Source of the DNA: Octopus bimaculoides
Lineage: Eukaryota
DNA: 64,000 nucleotides
Assembly (NCBI RefSeq): GCF_001194135.2
Contig: NC_068990.1
Location: forward strand, 93,096,426 to 93,160,425
Reading direction: 5' to 3'
The translations under genes and the position numbers were made by a program. The notes under the pieces were generated by a model. That model searched no databases and was not told where the DNA came from. It saw only the letters and a list, made by a program, of their open reading frames with translations. The stretch's first letter is position 1. Every line of letters starts with the position of its first letter. Below are positions 40,242-53,312 of the stretch, in pieces.

Positions 40242-43200
40242 TTTCACAAATTCACCTTAGATAATATATATAAATATATGTACACACACGCGCACACACA
40301 CATGCACACATACATACGTATATTGAAGATGAATGTGAAAGTGAATAAAGTGGGAGTTCAATGGCGGTTTGGAGGGGGGTATGGTTGGCAGCCACTCCTC
40401 CACCAGCCGCTGTGCAAATGTGTTCACGAATCAGGGGCAGCTTGAACTCTCCTTTGACTTACTTTCACTTTGCCCTCACACACCCACATTGCAGTCTTTA
40501 TTAAAAATATTGTAAACAAATGTAAATTAGGTGTAAGCATGTTATCTTTCAACTTAGGAAAATAAAAAGAGGCATCTAAATCTAAAATCAGATCTGATTA
40601 TCTGTGTGCATGTGTGTGTGTGTGTGAGGGGTGGGGCCATCATCATCTTTGGGAGTTTAGCATGTACTTTTCCATGCTGGGGGGGAGACAAAAGTATATT
40701 AAGGCAAAGTTTTCTATGGCCAGATCTAACTGACACTCCGTTGGTTACGACGACAAAGGTTTCAGTTGATCCAATCAACAGAACAGCCTGCTCGTGGAAA
40801 TAACGTGCAAGATGCTGAGCACTCCACAGACACATGTACCCTTAATGTAGTTCTTGAGGAGATTCAGCGTGACACAGAGTGTGACAGGGCTATGGCTAGG
40901 TCCACTGGGTAACGAACAACTTGGGCATAGTTCTACTGCAAACTGGGAACAGAAGATACCTTCAACAGAACCATGCTTCACTACTATTAGGTGTTAATGA
41001 GGCGACTTCAGTGTGAAATTAGGGCTCACTGAGGAACTCAAATCATCTCCCAAAGATAAATAGAAGAAGAGAAATAACTTGTTCAAATGGCTATTCTTCT
41101 TAGATGTCTCTACAAACGTAACTAAGAACTTGTTATTTCTCATAAATAAATAACTAATGTTGATAAATAACTAATGTTGATAAAGCTAACGCTAGAAACA
41201 CATGTAGCATACTACATGGCTTCTAGCATAGTCTGCTACAAACACAAAACAAACCATGCCCACCCATGTAGCTCCTATCCTTGGCACTCAACTAAAATCA
41301 GTCTACTTGGAGTGATAGCCTCGTGGAAGTGTTGCACAGTTAGTTATGGCCTTCATTGCTTCATTGCTTCTTGGTAGTTGGAACTTGTTGAAGCCACTCT
41401 GATGGTGGACCCTGTCATTGTGACAATTAGGGTTTCACAAATTTGCAACAATGAAACACTACAATTCCACTTTCAATATGGAGATGGTGTTGTATTGGTG
41501 GGAGCAATTGTGATACTTCAGTTCCCTGGACAGATACATCTTTTGTTGGAATGTCATTTGGTCAAAATCATTGTCTTCATTGATCAACAATGGATTTGAC
41601 AGCCTTTGGCAAATTCCTCGTTCCTTTTCCTTCATTTTATTCTTTTCTCTTCTTTTATTTCTATTATTTATTTTATTTATTTGGCAGTTGCCAGGACTTC
41701 ATCAAATTCAAAAACAAAATACTGTGTGTATGTATGTATGTATGTATGTATGTATGTATGTATGTATGTATGTATGTATGTATGCATGCATGCATGCATG
41801 CATGTATGTGTGTGTGTGTATCTATGTGTGTGTGTGTATGTGCACACACACACAGATAGAGAAATATCATCACCATCATTTTAATGTCCACTTTTGCCCA
41901 CTTGCATTGGTCAGTTGAAATTCCTTGAGGCAGATTATTTAAGGAAAGCTGCTCTTCCTGATGCCGTTTGTCACCTGTTTCCAGGTAGAAGGTAATGTCA
42001 CCCCCACCCAGTGCTTGAAACAATAACAGCACAATCACACCACACATGCTTTACACACACACACTTTCACAGAGGTAAGTATATTGAAATGTGTGTGTGT
42101 GTGTGTGGAGAGGGAGAGGAGGGGGAAACAGAGGGGAAGATCTGGGTGAATACTATATGTGTGTGTGCGTGTGTGTGTGAGTAAAATGGAGAAAGAAAAG
42201 TAAAGAAATTAGTATGGCTACTGGTCAACTTTAGCTGTGTAACCTTAGAAAACGTGTGTGTGTGTGTGTGTGTGTGCCCCATTTCTTGAAGTGATTCAGA
42301 GGAAATACATGGCCTAGTTCTGACCCAGATGCTTAAGGAAGAAAGAAAATAAGATATTTAAGGGAAAACAAAAATGAATAAACAAATTCTTTTTTAAAAA
42401 AAAAGAGAAAGGACAGAAACAGTGAGTGAATGAGTGAAACATATTGAAAGGTTGAAGAATGAATGAGGAACTTTTAGGAAAATAAACTGTAATATGTTGC
42501 TAATAGAACTTGGCAATGATAGAAGTAGTTTGCTTTCAAATGATATTTTTAGATCATCGTCATCATCGTCATCATCATCATCGTCGTCATCGTCATCATT
42601 GTTGTCGTCATGGTCGTCAGCATCATCATCATCATTATAGTCATCAGTTTTAATGTCTAATTTCCTTTGTTTGCGTGGAAATGAGACTTGCTCACAACTG
42701 TTTTGCAAAGTCAAGACAAAAAGACACACACACACACATTTTTGTCACTCATAACACGTGTGTGTGTGTGTGTGTGCATATGTGCATGCATGCACATATG
42801 CACACATACACACACATGCTTGCACTCACACACTCGCACACACTTGTATATATGAAGGGCTTGGTACCTTGGGCCATGGAGCTAAACTTGAAACCATTTG
42901 GTTGAGAAGTGAACTTCTTTTTCATCACACAGCCATACCTTTACGTAGCCATGTCTTTATTTAGTGTTTATATTCCAGTATTTTTGTGTATTCTGACATG
43001 TCTCTTCTCACATACAAATATTCTTGTAAATCTGTTCTGACATTTATTTTCATAATTATTGTTTTGCATCTATTCTTCTATGCTTCATTGGATAAATGGT
43101 TGAATTCATTTATTTCACAGCTGAGCGATTTTCCTTCTCACCATGAACCCCTTCATTGAAAAGTTAGGAGTGGATCCTGTTTTGCGTTCTCTCGGCAAAA

Positions 43201-43814
43201 CCAGTTCAATATTTTGTGCAGATGATTTTAAATATTCTGGAGTGTGGTTAAGAAGATGGTTTCAGTTTCAAGCCCACTGCATGGCACCTTGAGAAATTCA
43301 ATGTCTTCTACTATAACTCATGGTCAACTAAAATTCAGTTTCTGGATTTGGTAGACAGAAGCTGAAAGAATCTCATTGCATGTGTGTGTGTGTGTTAGTC
43401 TCAACACTTTATGATAGATGTAAATGAGCCTCACCATCACACAAGTGGTGTTGTTCATTGCCAATCTTCTGTGGAAACATGTCTGGCCATGGAGAAATAT
43501 CATCTTTCTGGGAAACAGTTGAAGGTTGGCAACAAGAAGGGCATCTTCTCCAATAAACCCAACAATCCTCTCATACTCTGCTACGTATATCCCTAACAAG
43601 CCTATCACTTCATCAATGGTAATCGTTTACTGTTCGATGTCCATTTTTCATGCTGTGACCATTTTGTTTCCATGCTTATGTTCAAATGCCTCTGTTTTAA
43701 TTGATTTTCAAAATCATGAAGAATTTAGTAAAATAACTGTGATTATTAAGCTGGTGTTTGGAATATAAATTAACCCGAGCTTTTGAAGGGAGGTTTCAGT
43801 TTAAATAATAAACC

Positions 43815-44073
43815 ACATATTCATTCTTAATATGTTTCAGTTGATGTGACACAGCAAATTGCTGTTGCATTTCGTGTTTGGAGAACAACTTCTTTCAGGT
43901 AATGTTTGTTCACAGTACTCTTGAGTGAAAGAGGTCTTTGAGACACACCATGGCCATCCCCTTATCTCAATGAATCAAGTGTATCGGGAACACACATTGT
44001 CTGAAAGGAGGACTACTGCAGGGATTAGCATTCTCCCATTTGTATCTACTGGAAGTATTAAGAATGAATATGT
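43815..44073. mobile_element. MITE with perfect 18-bp terminal inverted repeats, nested in another repeat
   Basis: ACATATTCATTCTTAATA (43815-43832) and TATTAAGAATGAATATGT (44056-44073). The surrounding repeat (also seen near 90-290 and 32390-32550) stops at ~43805 and resumes at ~44125. Confidence 0.7.
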
Positions 44074-45329
44074 ACGTCATTTTTTTGATTTTTGCTATTC
44101 TTTATTGCTCATGGTGATTTAATATGATTTAGTAAAGGTTCAATTTAGATCACTTGAAAACAGGAAGTTTGTATCTTAGAATCAGAAGCAATCTCAAGCA
44201 GGTTGGTCTCAAAAGGGTTGAAGGTCAATTTTGGAGCAATTGTTTGGTTTGCAAGGTTAGATGTCCTGATAACTAACCACTAAGTCTAAACAAGGTCAAT
44301 TGCCATTGGACGGTGTGTTGAGTTAGTATTATTCAGTTGAGGCAACCAAACAACTTGTGTAGTAAAAGAACAAAACTGGTGTTTTATTAGTCGAGAAAAA
44401 TGATCCAAACAGAGTTATGTGCCTTGTTCTGGGATGCAACGTAATGGCTGCAGTAAGATTTGAATTTATAATCATCTTCTCCATAGCCCAGCACCCAAAA
44501 TAATCCAAAGCTGTTGAAAGCCTTATATTTGCTAACATATATGAAGTGAAGAGAATATATCAATGATGTGGTTGTTTACTAATGGCTCTGAGCTTACCAA
44601 AATGAGTATTGTCATCATAGTGTTGTTGATATGATAATGGCTGTTGGAAGAACTTCAAAATCCGTTGACAGGTGATATTAATAGCCTTATATTTTGCTTG
44701 TCTTTTGGTATTAAGTTAATTATTGTCAAAGTTTTTGTTAATATGCTAAACTGTTAAGGTTAGAGGTTTACTCTGTTTCTATGACATATCATTGGGAAAC
44801 GTTATTTTAAAGACATCATTAAAATATATGGATTTTCAGTCAAAGTTTAGGCATTCTGAAATCTTTAGAAGGCTACAGGTGGACAACACATATACTTCTT
44901 CTTTTTGGAAAATGTTTCCCATTTATCATCTTAGATACACACACACACACACACATATATATATGACAGGCTTCTTTCAGTTTCCATCCACCAAATCCAC
45001 TTACAAGGCTTTGATTGGCCCAGAGCTACAGCAGAAGACATTGGTGGAGCTCTGTCTTTTAATTCACAAATTAAGTATAATGGACATTGCTGTCAAATAT
45101 AATACCATGTGGTACCTCTTCTGGGGTGCAAAGCCAAACTGCATCTCCCCTCGGCCTTCTCTACCATGGATCAGTTGTTCTCATGACACTCTCCATGACC
45201 TTCACAATCTGATCTAATAGCTTTAGTCCTCTGTGGTTGCTTCTCTCGAAGCCATCTATTCCCCCCCCCTTTTATTAGCAGTTTACAATGACATTGTTAC
45301 ACTAGTCATGGGGTGTGTCACTTTCCTGT

Positions 45330-45810
45330 TTGATGTGATTAACTACCCAGGTGGCAATCATGTATCCTTACTTCACTAGATATTCTTAGGCATCTCTGCA
45401 ACTATTCCTGATGAACCTGTGACTTTCTCTCTCTTCATGTCCTTCAACATTTTATCAACCAGGCTGCTGTCCCCTTGTGTAGGGGTAGCAATATCCCATG
45501 CGTTCCCCACCATCAGCAGCCTCTCATATTAGCTCTTACATGTCACTTTCTTGTCTTCACCACTCTGAATACATTTCTTGCCAGGGACATTCAGGTTCCC
45601 TCTCATACAGTGTTTGCAATCTTAAACACTTCCATGCCTCTGGTTCTCATATTGCAGGACATGCACAATCTTTCTCTTTCTGCCTCACCTTTAGCCAGGT
45701 ATATGTTGCCTGGATGCTCTTCTAGCCCTTCAGTAATGCTCCCTACTACCACATTCCTCCCAGGTTCCCCAGGCCCGTCTCTTGGCCTTTTACCATTAAC
45801 GGAATCAGTG
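45330..45810 (-). mobile_element. RTE-clade LINE fragment
   Basis: Minus strand yields YLAKGEAERE..., EVFKIA and YERLLMVGNAW, which are RTE pre-RT linker motifs; decayed. Confidence 0.7.
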
Positions 45811-45920
45811 TTACTTTCAACTCAGCTGAGACTTTATTCCAGCCACATGTCTGATCTGTAGCCTGAAGCAGGTTATCTCGTTGAAATTCCCAAGACAGGT
45901 AGGTAAGTTGATAGATAGAC

Positions 45921-45973
<53 letters not shown>

Positions 45974-46799
45974 TATGCATGAATGTGTGTGTGTACCACT
46001 GTGTTTGTGTGTACAAAAGGAAAAATCTGTTGAAAGCAATAAAGAGGAAAACAGAGAGGAAACGGATTACTCAAGAGACAGACAGACAGACAGATAGATA
46101 GATAGATACAAAGAAAGAGTGAGGGGGAGAAGGGAGATACAAGGATGAATGGGGAATAAGAACATTTACAAATAATCAAAATAAAATTAATTAGAACAAA
46201 ACATGATTAGAAGACACTATTAATTGAGATGAAGTAATTTGATAAGATGGGAAATTTATTATTATTTCTATTCCTCATCATCATTATTCTTTATTAATAT
46301 CCTTGTTATAATTAATAATATCATAATTATTACTAATTATTAATATTATCATGATTGATGAATTAATGGCGACTGTTGAGCCACAGACCAAATGTCTTGA
46401 AGGATTTATATAAGACTTGCTATGTTCTTGGTTCAAATCATGCCAACGTCACCTTTGCTTTTTATCTATTTAGGGTTCATAAAACAAAGTCCTAATGAAA
46501 TAGTGGAGGGTGGGGTGGGGTTGAGGGGTGATTTAATTGATTGGTTTTCCTCCTATGAATTTCTGTCTGTCTTTACGTTCTGAGTTCAAATTCCACCAAG
46601 GTTGACTTTCATGGGTGATGAAATAAGTACCAGTTGTACACTGGAGCCAATGTAATCAACTTGCCTCCCCCCTCCCCTCAATTTCAGCTTTTGCACCTCT
46701 AGCAAAAAGGACTATTGTTATTCATAAAGGAAATCATTCTGGAGTCTTGCATGCATAGCAGGCTTGCTACCCGCAGCCTACGGTACCATGCCATTTGTT

Positions 46800-47170
46800 C
46801 TTTTCAGCTCTCTAATACTTTCCTGATTATTCTGGCCGTGTTCAGGCGGCAAACCTTTTGTAACAGTCCTTCTGGGCACTCTTTTCCAATTTCTTTTATA
46901 TTCCCCTTGATGCCTTCTGATACTGTCCCCAAGGACCCAACAATAATTGACACTATCTTCACCTCCTTTATTTTCCATAGCCAGGCTATTTTGTCATTAA
47001 GAGGGTTGTGTCTATCCATTTTCTTCACTTCCTTCTTGATTATTCATGGGTCAAAGGGGCAGGCAACATCAGCTATCCTGTGCATATGCTGCACTTTGTC
47101 CACCACCACTAGCTCCAGTCTGTTATGCTTTAGCACCTGACCTGTTTGGATTGGGAAATCTCAAGCCTGA
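46800..47170 (-). mobile_element. RLE-type LINE C-terminal endonuclease fragment
   Basis: DFPIQTGQVLKHNRLELVVVDK..IADVACPFDP*, then IAWLWKIKEVKIVSIIVGSLGTV...LLQKVCRLNTARIIRKVLES. Confidence 0.85.
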
Positions 47171-47826
47171 CAGCTGATCCAATATTCTTAATATGTTTTT
47201 CAGTGCCCTTGGAAACTGCTCCTAATGCTCCACTTACCACCGGTATCACCATTACTTTCCTCATGCCCCATAACTTTCGTATATCGTCCCGTGTATATAT
47301 GCTGTTGTGTTTCCATCTACCAAATCCACTCTCAAGGCTTTGCTTGGCCAGAGGCTATAGTAGAAGACACTTGCCCAAGGTGCCACACAGAGGGACTGAA
47401 CCCGGAACCATGTGGTTGGGAAGCAAGCTTCTTACCACACAGCCACTCCTACCAGTTATTTTGTACAAGGGGATCCAAAAACCCAGTCTTCATTGACGTA
47501 ACAGTGTTTATATTATAACAGCATTTTACTACACTGCTACAGTATTAAGATACTATAGTAGCAGCAGGAGTAAGAGTAGTAGGAGTAAGAGTAGTAGATG
47601 TAGACAGTGTATGTGTGTATGTGCGTGTGTGTGTGCTTCTGTTTGTGTATGCATGTGTGTGTGTGCTTATATTATAGTACAGTAACTTTATACTGTAGTA
47701 GTGTATATAAGTGTGTATATGCATGTGTATGTGTGTGCATATGTTACTCTGTATACGTATGTGTTGATATTACAACAGCAGGGTAGTTGCAATACCACAC
47801 AAACTTAATACTCTGCGACTATGTTG

Positions 47827-47863
<37 letters not shown>

Positions 47864-48424
47864 GTGCAGTTCTTTGTGTGTGTGCGTATCTATATATATT
47901 CATGTGTAAGCCTTTGTGTATGGACATATATATATGTATGTGAGGTTGTGTGTGTGTGCATGTGTGTGTGTAGAGGTATGTTGGTGTGGATGTTGTTTCC
48001 GGACATGGCTAGTTTGTCAGTTCTCTCTTAAAGCACCAAAAGACTCTTTGGATGTGTGGCCTCGTTTGGTCTTGGAGAAGAAGAAGAAGAAGCTTAGTCA
48101 CATGGTGTAGAACCTCACGTTTAAGTACCCCCTCCCCCATTGTATATTTGACAAGTTGTCCTCAAAAGTGGTCACAACACTTATGAAAGCAACAATTTAT
48201 TTAATGACAAATTTGTCAGCTTCACTAACGAACAGGTCAAATTTCAAATATGGAATACAGCTTTCTCTGCTGTTTCTATTCTTTCGTTGATGTCTTTCAT
48301 TAGATTTGTTGTTGTTGTTGTTGTTGTTGTTGATTGCCCACCACAGTTTAATAAAAGCACACACACACGCACATGCACATACACATGCATACACATGCAC
48401 ACATTATGTGCATGTATATTTATG

Positions 48425-48456
<32 letters not shown>

Positions 48457-50117
48457 TGTATGTATGCATGCATGCATGTGTGTTTGTGTGTGTGTGTGTA
48501 TGTATGTATGTATACGTACACATGTGTGTGTGTATGCATGTATGTATGCATGTATGTATGCATGTATGTATGATGGTCTTCCATATAGTTTCGGTGTATC
48601 AAGTTCACTCCCAAGGCTTTGGTCTGCTCAAGTAAATAGTAAAAGATATTTGCCAATGGCTGGCATGGATCAAAATCAAATGGAAATTATAGTTGTGATT
48701 CCTGTGCCAGTGGCATGTAAAAAGTACCATCCAAATGTGGCTGATGCCAGCGCCACCTTGACTGGCTTCTGGGCCAGTGGCACATAAAAGGCACCATCTG
48801 CTAGTTGTTGATGCCAGCCCCCTCTGGCCCCTGTGCCGGTGGCACGTAAAAACCACCCACTACACTCTCGGAGTGGTTGGCGTTAGGAAGGGCATCCAGC
48901 TGTTGAAACACTTCCGGATCAGATTGGGGCCTGGTGCAGCCTCCTGGTTTCCCAGACCCCAGTCAAACCGTCAAACCCATGCCAATGATGGTTAAACAAT
49001 GATGATGATGATGATGATGATAGATGTATAGATATAGATATATATAGATATAAAGCTATGATATTGCCATTCGGAAGAGCACTTGGTGGTTCAGCAAAAG
49101 AGACCAATAGAATACGTACTAGGCTTACAAAGAATAAGTCTTGGGGTTGATTTGCTCCACTTAAGGCAGTGCTCCAGCATGGCCGCATTCAAATGCCTGA
49201 AGCAAGTAAAAGAGTAAAAGAATTTGGTCAACTGAAACCAATGCCAATGGCTACTTGCAGATCCCTTTTAGGAAAATTTTACTTCATGTTTTTTCGCTTA
49301 AGAAGAACTGCAAGCAACCATTAACATGTCACTTTTATTTTCTATTGTTCATTTCTCCCTCTCTATTTTTTTTACTGACTATCTTTCTCTCTCTCTCTCT
49401 CTCTATTACTCTGTCTCCCTTTCTATTTGTCTGTCTGTCTCTGTTTCTGTCTGTCTGTCTGTCTGTCTGTCTAATTCATTTTGATCTGAAAAGGAAACAA
49501 TTATAAGTCTTTATCCTTGTCTTTCATTTCCCAAACTGTTTTAATATAATTAACAATTTTCTCTTCTGCTCTTCTACTGATGATATACAAAAGGCTGTCA
49601 ACGAATAGAAGAGATTAATAAAAAGATTATTAAATAAATTAGAGAAAAAAGTATATTTCAATGGAACAACATGAACAGCCAGGTTGCAGCTGGGTGACGA
49701 AAATTTTGACACCTCATGAAGAAAAGGAAGAACAAATTTAACAGTTTTTGTGTGTTTCTAAGTGGTTAAAATGACTTTTTCATGATGTAATTGTTTTAGA
49801 TTGAATTTAGATTGAACACATGGTCTCAGATCAAATTTCTTGTTAAAAAGTACAACTGAAAGAAACCCCACCACCAAAAAAAAATGTCTTTAGATAATTA
49901 CTTGTTTGTCCATAAAACAATGAATGAAAAAGAATTCATAATGAAGCACTTCTTGTGTGCTCNNNNNNNNNNNNNNNNNNNNNNNNNNNGGAAACAGGAA
50001 TGTATCATTCAAAGAGTGACTTATATTTTGGGAATTTCGATCATCTTCTGCTTTTGATCATTTTGTGCTTTTCAAATATTTTTGTCATTCCGGAGTCTTC
50101 AGTACCAGAATGGTTAA

Positions 50118-50259
50118 TTACTTACATTTGACAGGTATTTGTCCTCATCTTGTTTGTTGTTAATACAACGTTTCAGCTGATATACCCTCCAGCCTTCATC
50201 AGGTGTCTTGGGGAAATTTCAAACCTGGGTTCTCATTCCTAAGGTATTTTTCAATGTTG

Positions 50260-50301
<42 letters not shown>

Positions 50302-50362
50302 TCACTGCTTGGAATTGAACTTGGAATCTTGGGGTTAGTAGCCCGTGCTCTTAACCACTACG
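50118..50362 (-). mobile_element. tRNA-headed hammerhead element (family A), best-preserved copy, with 13-bp TSD
   Basis: Flanked by the direct repeat CCAGAATGGTTAA (50105-50117 and 50363-50375). tRNA-like head ~50298-50364, (AAT)n, hammerhead 50162-50207. Confidence 0.9.
50162..50207 (-). ncRNA. Minimal type I hammerhead motif, family A
   Basis: GACAC-CUGAUGA-A-GGCUG gaggguauau CAGCU-GAAA-CG-UU-GUAUU. Core intact, palindromic AACGUU stem III, one C.A mismatch in stem I. Confidence 0.8.
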
Positions 50363-52843
50363 CCAGAATGGTTAACGTTGTATGTTTCTGTATTTCTTGG
50401 CTTATGTGTTTTGATATAAACAAGAATCTTTGGAATATTTGAATCTTTTGTAATTCTTGAATGTTTATTCCTTTCGCACATTTTTCTTGGCTACTGTCTT
50501 TCAAGAAGTATCCATTTTAATTCTTGGAGTCTTTTATTTCCAAATTCGAAAATGATTGAACATATTCTTCATATTAGATTGAACGTTATATTTGCATATT
50601 TTCCTACGTTTTGGATAGCAAGAAATGAATGGTGAGGAGTGGGTGACTGGGTCTAAAAATATTGGTTGCCAGGAGACTAAGGGGGCCCACCCGCAAATCA
50701 TTTAAGTTTTTTTCATTTTTTTAAAAGTATTCTTTTCACCTGTCTACAAACATAGCCAGACCGAAATAATTAATGCATTCTTCCAGGAGTGAATAAAAAA
50801 TTCTCAAACTTAGATACTAACATGGGCCCCCATATATGGATTCTAATGGCACAGGGGCTTACTTACCCATTGGTCAAGCTGGCAACCTGGCCAGTCTGCC
50901 ACTAGTGGTGAAGATTGTTTGGAGCCACTTCGTTTGTAGTGGACGGTGTTTTCATTCCTTGTATTCTTTTGATGATTAAAATATCCAGGAAAGTTAAATG
51001 ATTTTGAATCCATTGTGAGTTGTGAGTTGTGTATGTCATTAAGGTTTTGAAATCCTACAATTGCTCATGTCCATTGGCTCACAGAATAAGGCGGTCATGC
51101 CAATAATAGTTCCAATTTTCTAATCGGTATTTTTAGAGGCCGATGCTGTAGTCTAATTCAGATTCTTCATATATTTGCAATTCCTGCTGCGTCATGACTG
51201 AATTTGTGTATTTGGTGAAAAACCATCCTTCCCATCGCAGCCCCATATTTTTGTTTGTAAATATTATTATTGAATTTAAGGTGGTGAGGTAGTAGGATCA
51301 TTAACACACCAAGTGAAATGCTTGCCAGTATTTCATATATATATGTGCATATGTGTACACTCTGCTGAGTGGTTGGTGTTAGGAAGGGCATCCAGCTGTA
51401 GAGACCATGCCAAATCAGACTGGAGTCTGGTGCAGCTCCCCAGGTGCCAGCTCTGGTCAAACTGTCCAATCCATGCCAGCATGGACAACAGACATTAAAG
51501 GATGATGATGATGAGGATGAGCACTAGGGTCACTTTAATTGGTTTACTCTTTCCCCCAAAACTGCTGGCTTTAGACCAAAATTTGAAAATGTTATTATTG
51601 AATTCCAAAAAATTATTTTGTAATTTGAATTTTATTCTTTTTTTCTTTGTTAGTCTCTTTACTGTTTGTTCTGTGATCTCATATCTATATACAATCAATA
51701 ATGTAACATGCATGATCGGTTGAGGCCCGAGAAACCAATGACCATGCTCTCCACTGCTGTTTCCCACGGTGGAGGTGAACAATGTGCAGCTGGGATAATG
51801 ACAACTACATATATACACACGTGTGTCTATATATATATGCACGCATAGATGTATGTATGTATGTGTGTGTGTGTGTGAGTGTGTGTAAAATCGCTGTGTG
51901 TGTATTTAAAGGTTTATGAATTCACCCAATTAGATTCAGTTGTGAGAGACAAAAGCAAATACACATGCAGATACATACATACATACATATGTACATGCAC
52001 ACACGCACACACACAGACATACACACACTCTCTCTTTTTTTCTCTCAAACACACACACATACACACACACGCACGCATGCACACAAACACACTCTCTCTC
52101 TTTCTTTCTCTCAAACACACACACACACCTACCCACATTCACAATAGTTCAATTGCATTAGAGGGCAGTCGTGAAAGTGACCTCCCTTGCAGGATGCTTA
52201 AAAGCTGAAAGCAAGGATAACTGATAAAAAGAAAAAAAAATGCTGTTTGGAATTGTCCCAAGAGTGTCAGAAATGAAAACAGCAGTTTCCAGATCAGTGA
52301 GCATGAAACAGCTGTTTTCACATGTACCACACGCATGATTTTTGAAGAAAACATAAAAATAAGTGTTTTCCTGATAGCATTTGTATAATATTTCAAAATA
52401 TATTCAAACATCAGATAATCCAAGAGGAATCAGGCTCAGATTTCCTGCCAAAAGAGCAGGACTCTGTAACTCAGAATAACAGTAATTTAGAGCTTTTTCA
52501 AGTTCTTATGTACTCAACTATTGAGTTCATGTGTTCTTGCTTTCTGGTGAATCAACAGAAATGTATGTATGTATATGTGTTATTATTAATATTTAGCAGA
52601 AATAACAAAGTGCTAAATATTAATAAAAATATACATAGGTGCAAGAGTGGCTGTGTGGTAAGTAGCTTGCTTACCAACCACATGGTTCCGGGCTCAGTCC
52701 CACTGCGTGGCATCCTGGACAAGTGTCTTCTACTATAGCCTCAGGCTGAGCAAAGCCTTGTGAGTGGATTTGGTAGATGGAAACTGAAAGAAGCCCGTCG
52801 TATATATATATATATATATATATATACAACAGGCTTCTGCTAG

Positions 52844-52894
<51 letters not shown>

Positions 52895-53173
52895 TTATCA
52901 TCTTCATTGTTTTAATGTCTACTTTTCCATTTTGAAGAGGGGCAGTTATAACTGTCCTTGATTATTGTAATTTTAGTATATCCTTACTATCTAATAAGCT
53001 GACCTGCCACCTTTTCTTTTTCTAATTTAAATGAGAGGGTTGCAACTGTGCTTTGAACACACCCTACTCAGCACTGCTTGTCCCAACTGGTTCGTTTGCA
53101 GAATGCAGTCAGGATGAGCAGCTGTTTAGCTATTGGTAGTGGTGATGATGAGAGTGATGGTGGAGGTGATAAC

Positions 53174-53238
<65 letters not shown>

Positions 53239-53279
53239 CGATGATGATGACCACAATGTTTGTATCTATGTATGATTTA

Positions 53280-53312
53280 CTTACTTTGCCTTATTTCTCG
53301 TTTCAGGTAAGT
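53280..53312 (+). promoter_or_regulatory. Candidate recursive splice site (zero-length exon, AG|GT)
   Basis: CTTAC branch-like motif, pyrimidine tract tttgccttatttctcgttt, then CAG|GTAAGT with the junction at 53306/53307. Confidence 0.5.

Larger units (their letters stand above)
50000..51280 (-). mobile_element. Penelope-like element remnant (RT and downstream region), interrupted by insertions
   Basis: KFNNNIYKQKYGAAMG and LTFLDILIIKKNTRNENTVHYK (PLE RT motifs) and KRLQELKWILLERQ*PR. Interrupted at 50118-50362 and by a GGTTGCCAG/CTGGCAACC-bounded segment at 50664-50887. Confidence 0.75.

Noticed and set aside
40463-40552. Minus-strand 90-nt exon-like segment (LKDNMLTPNLHLFTIFLIKTAMWVCEGKVK)
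   Set aside because: Splice motifs are good, but the composition is intron-like and the peptide is unrecognisable.
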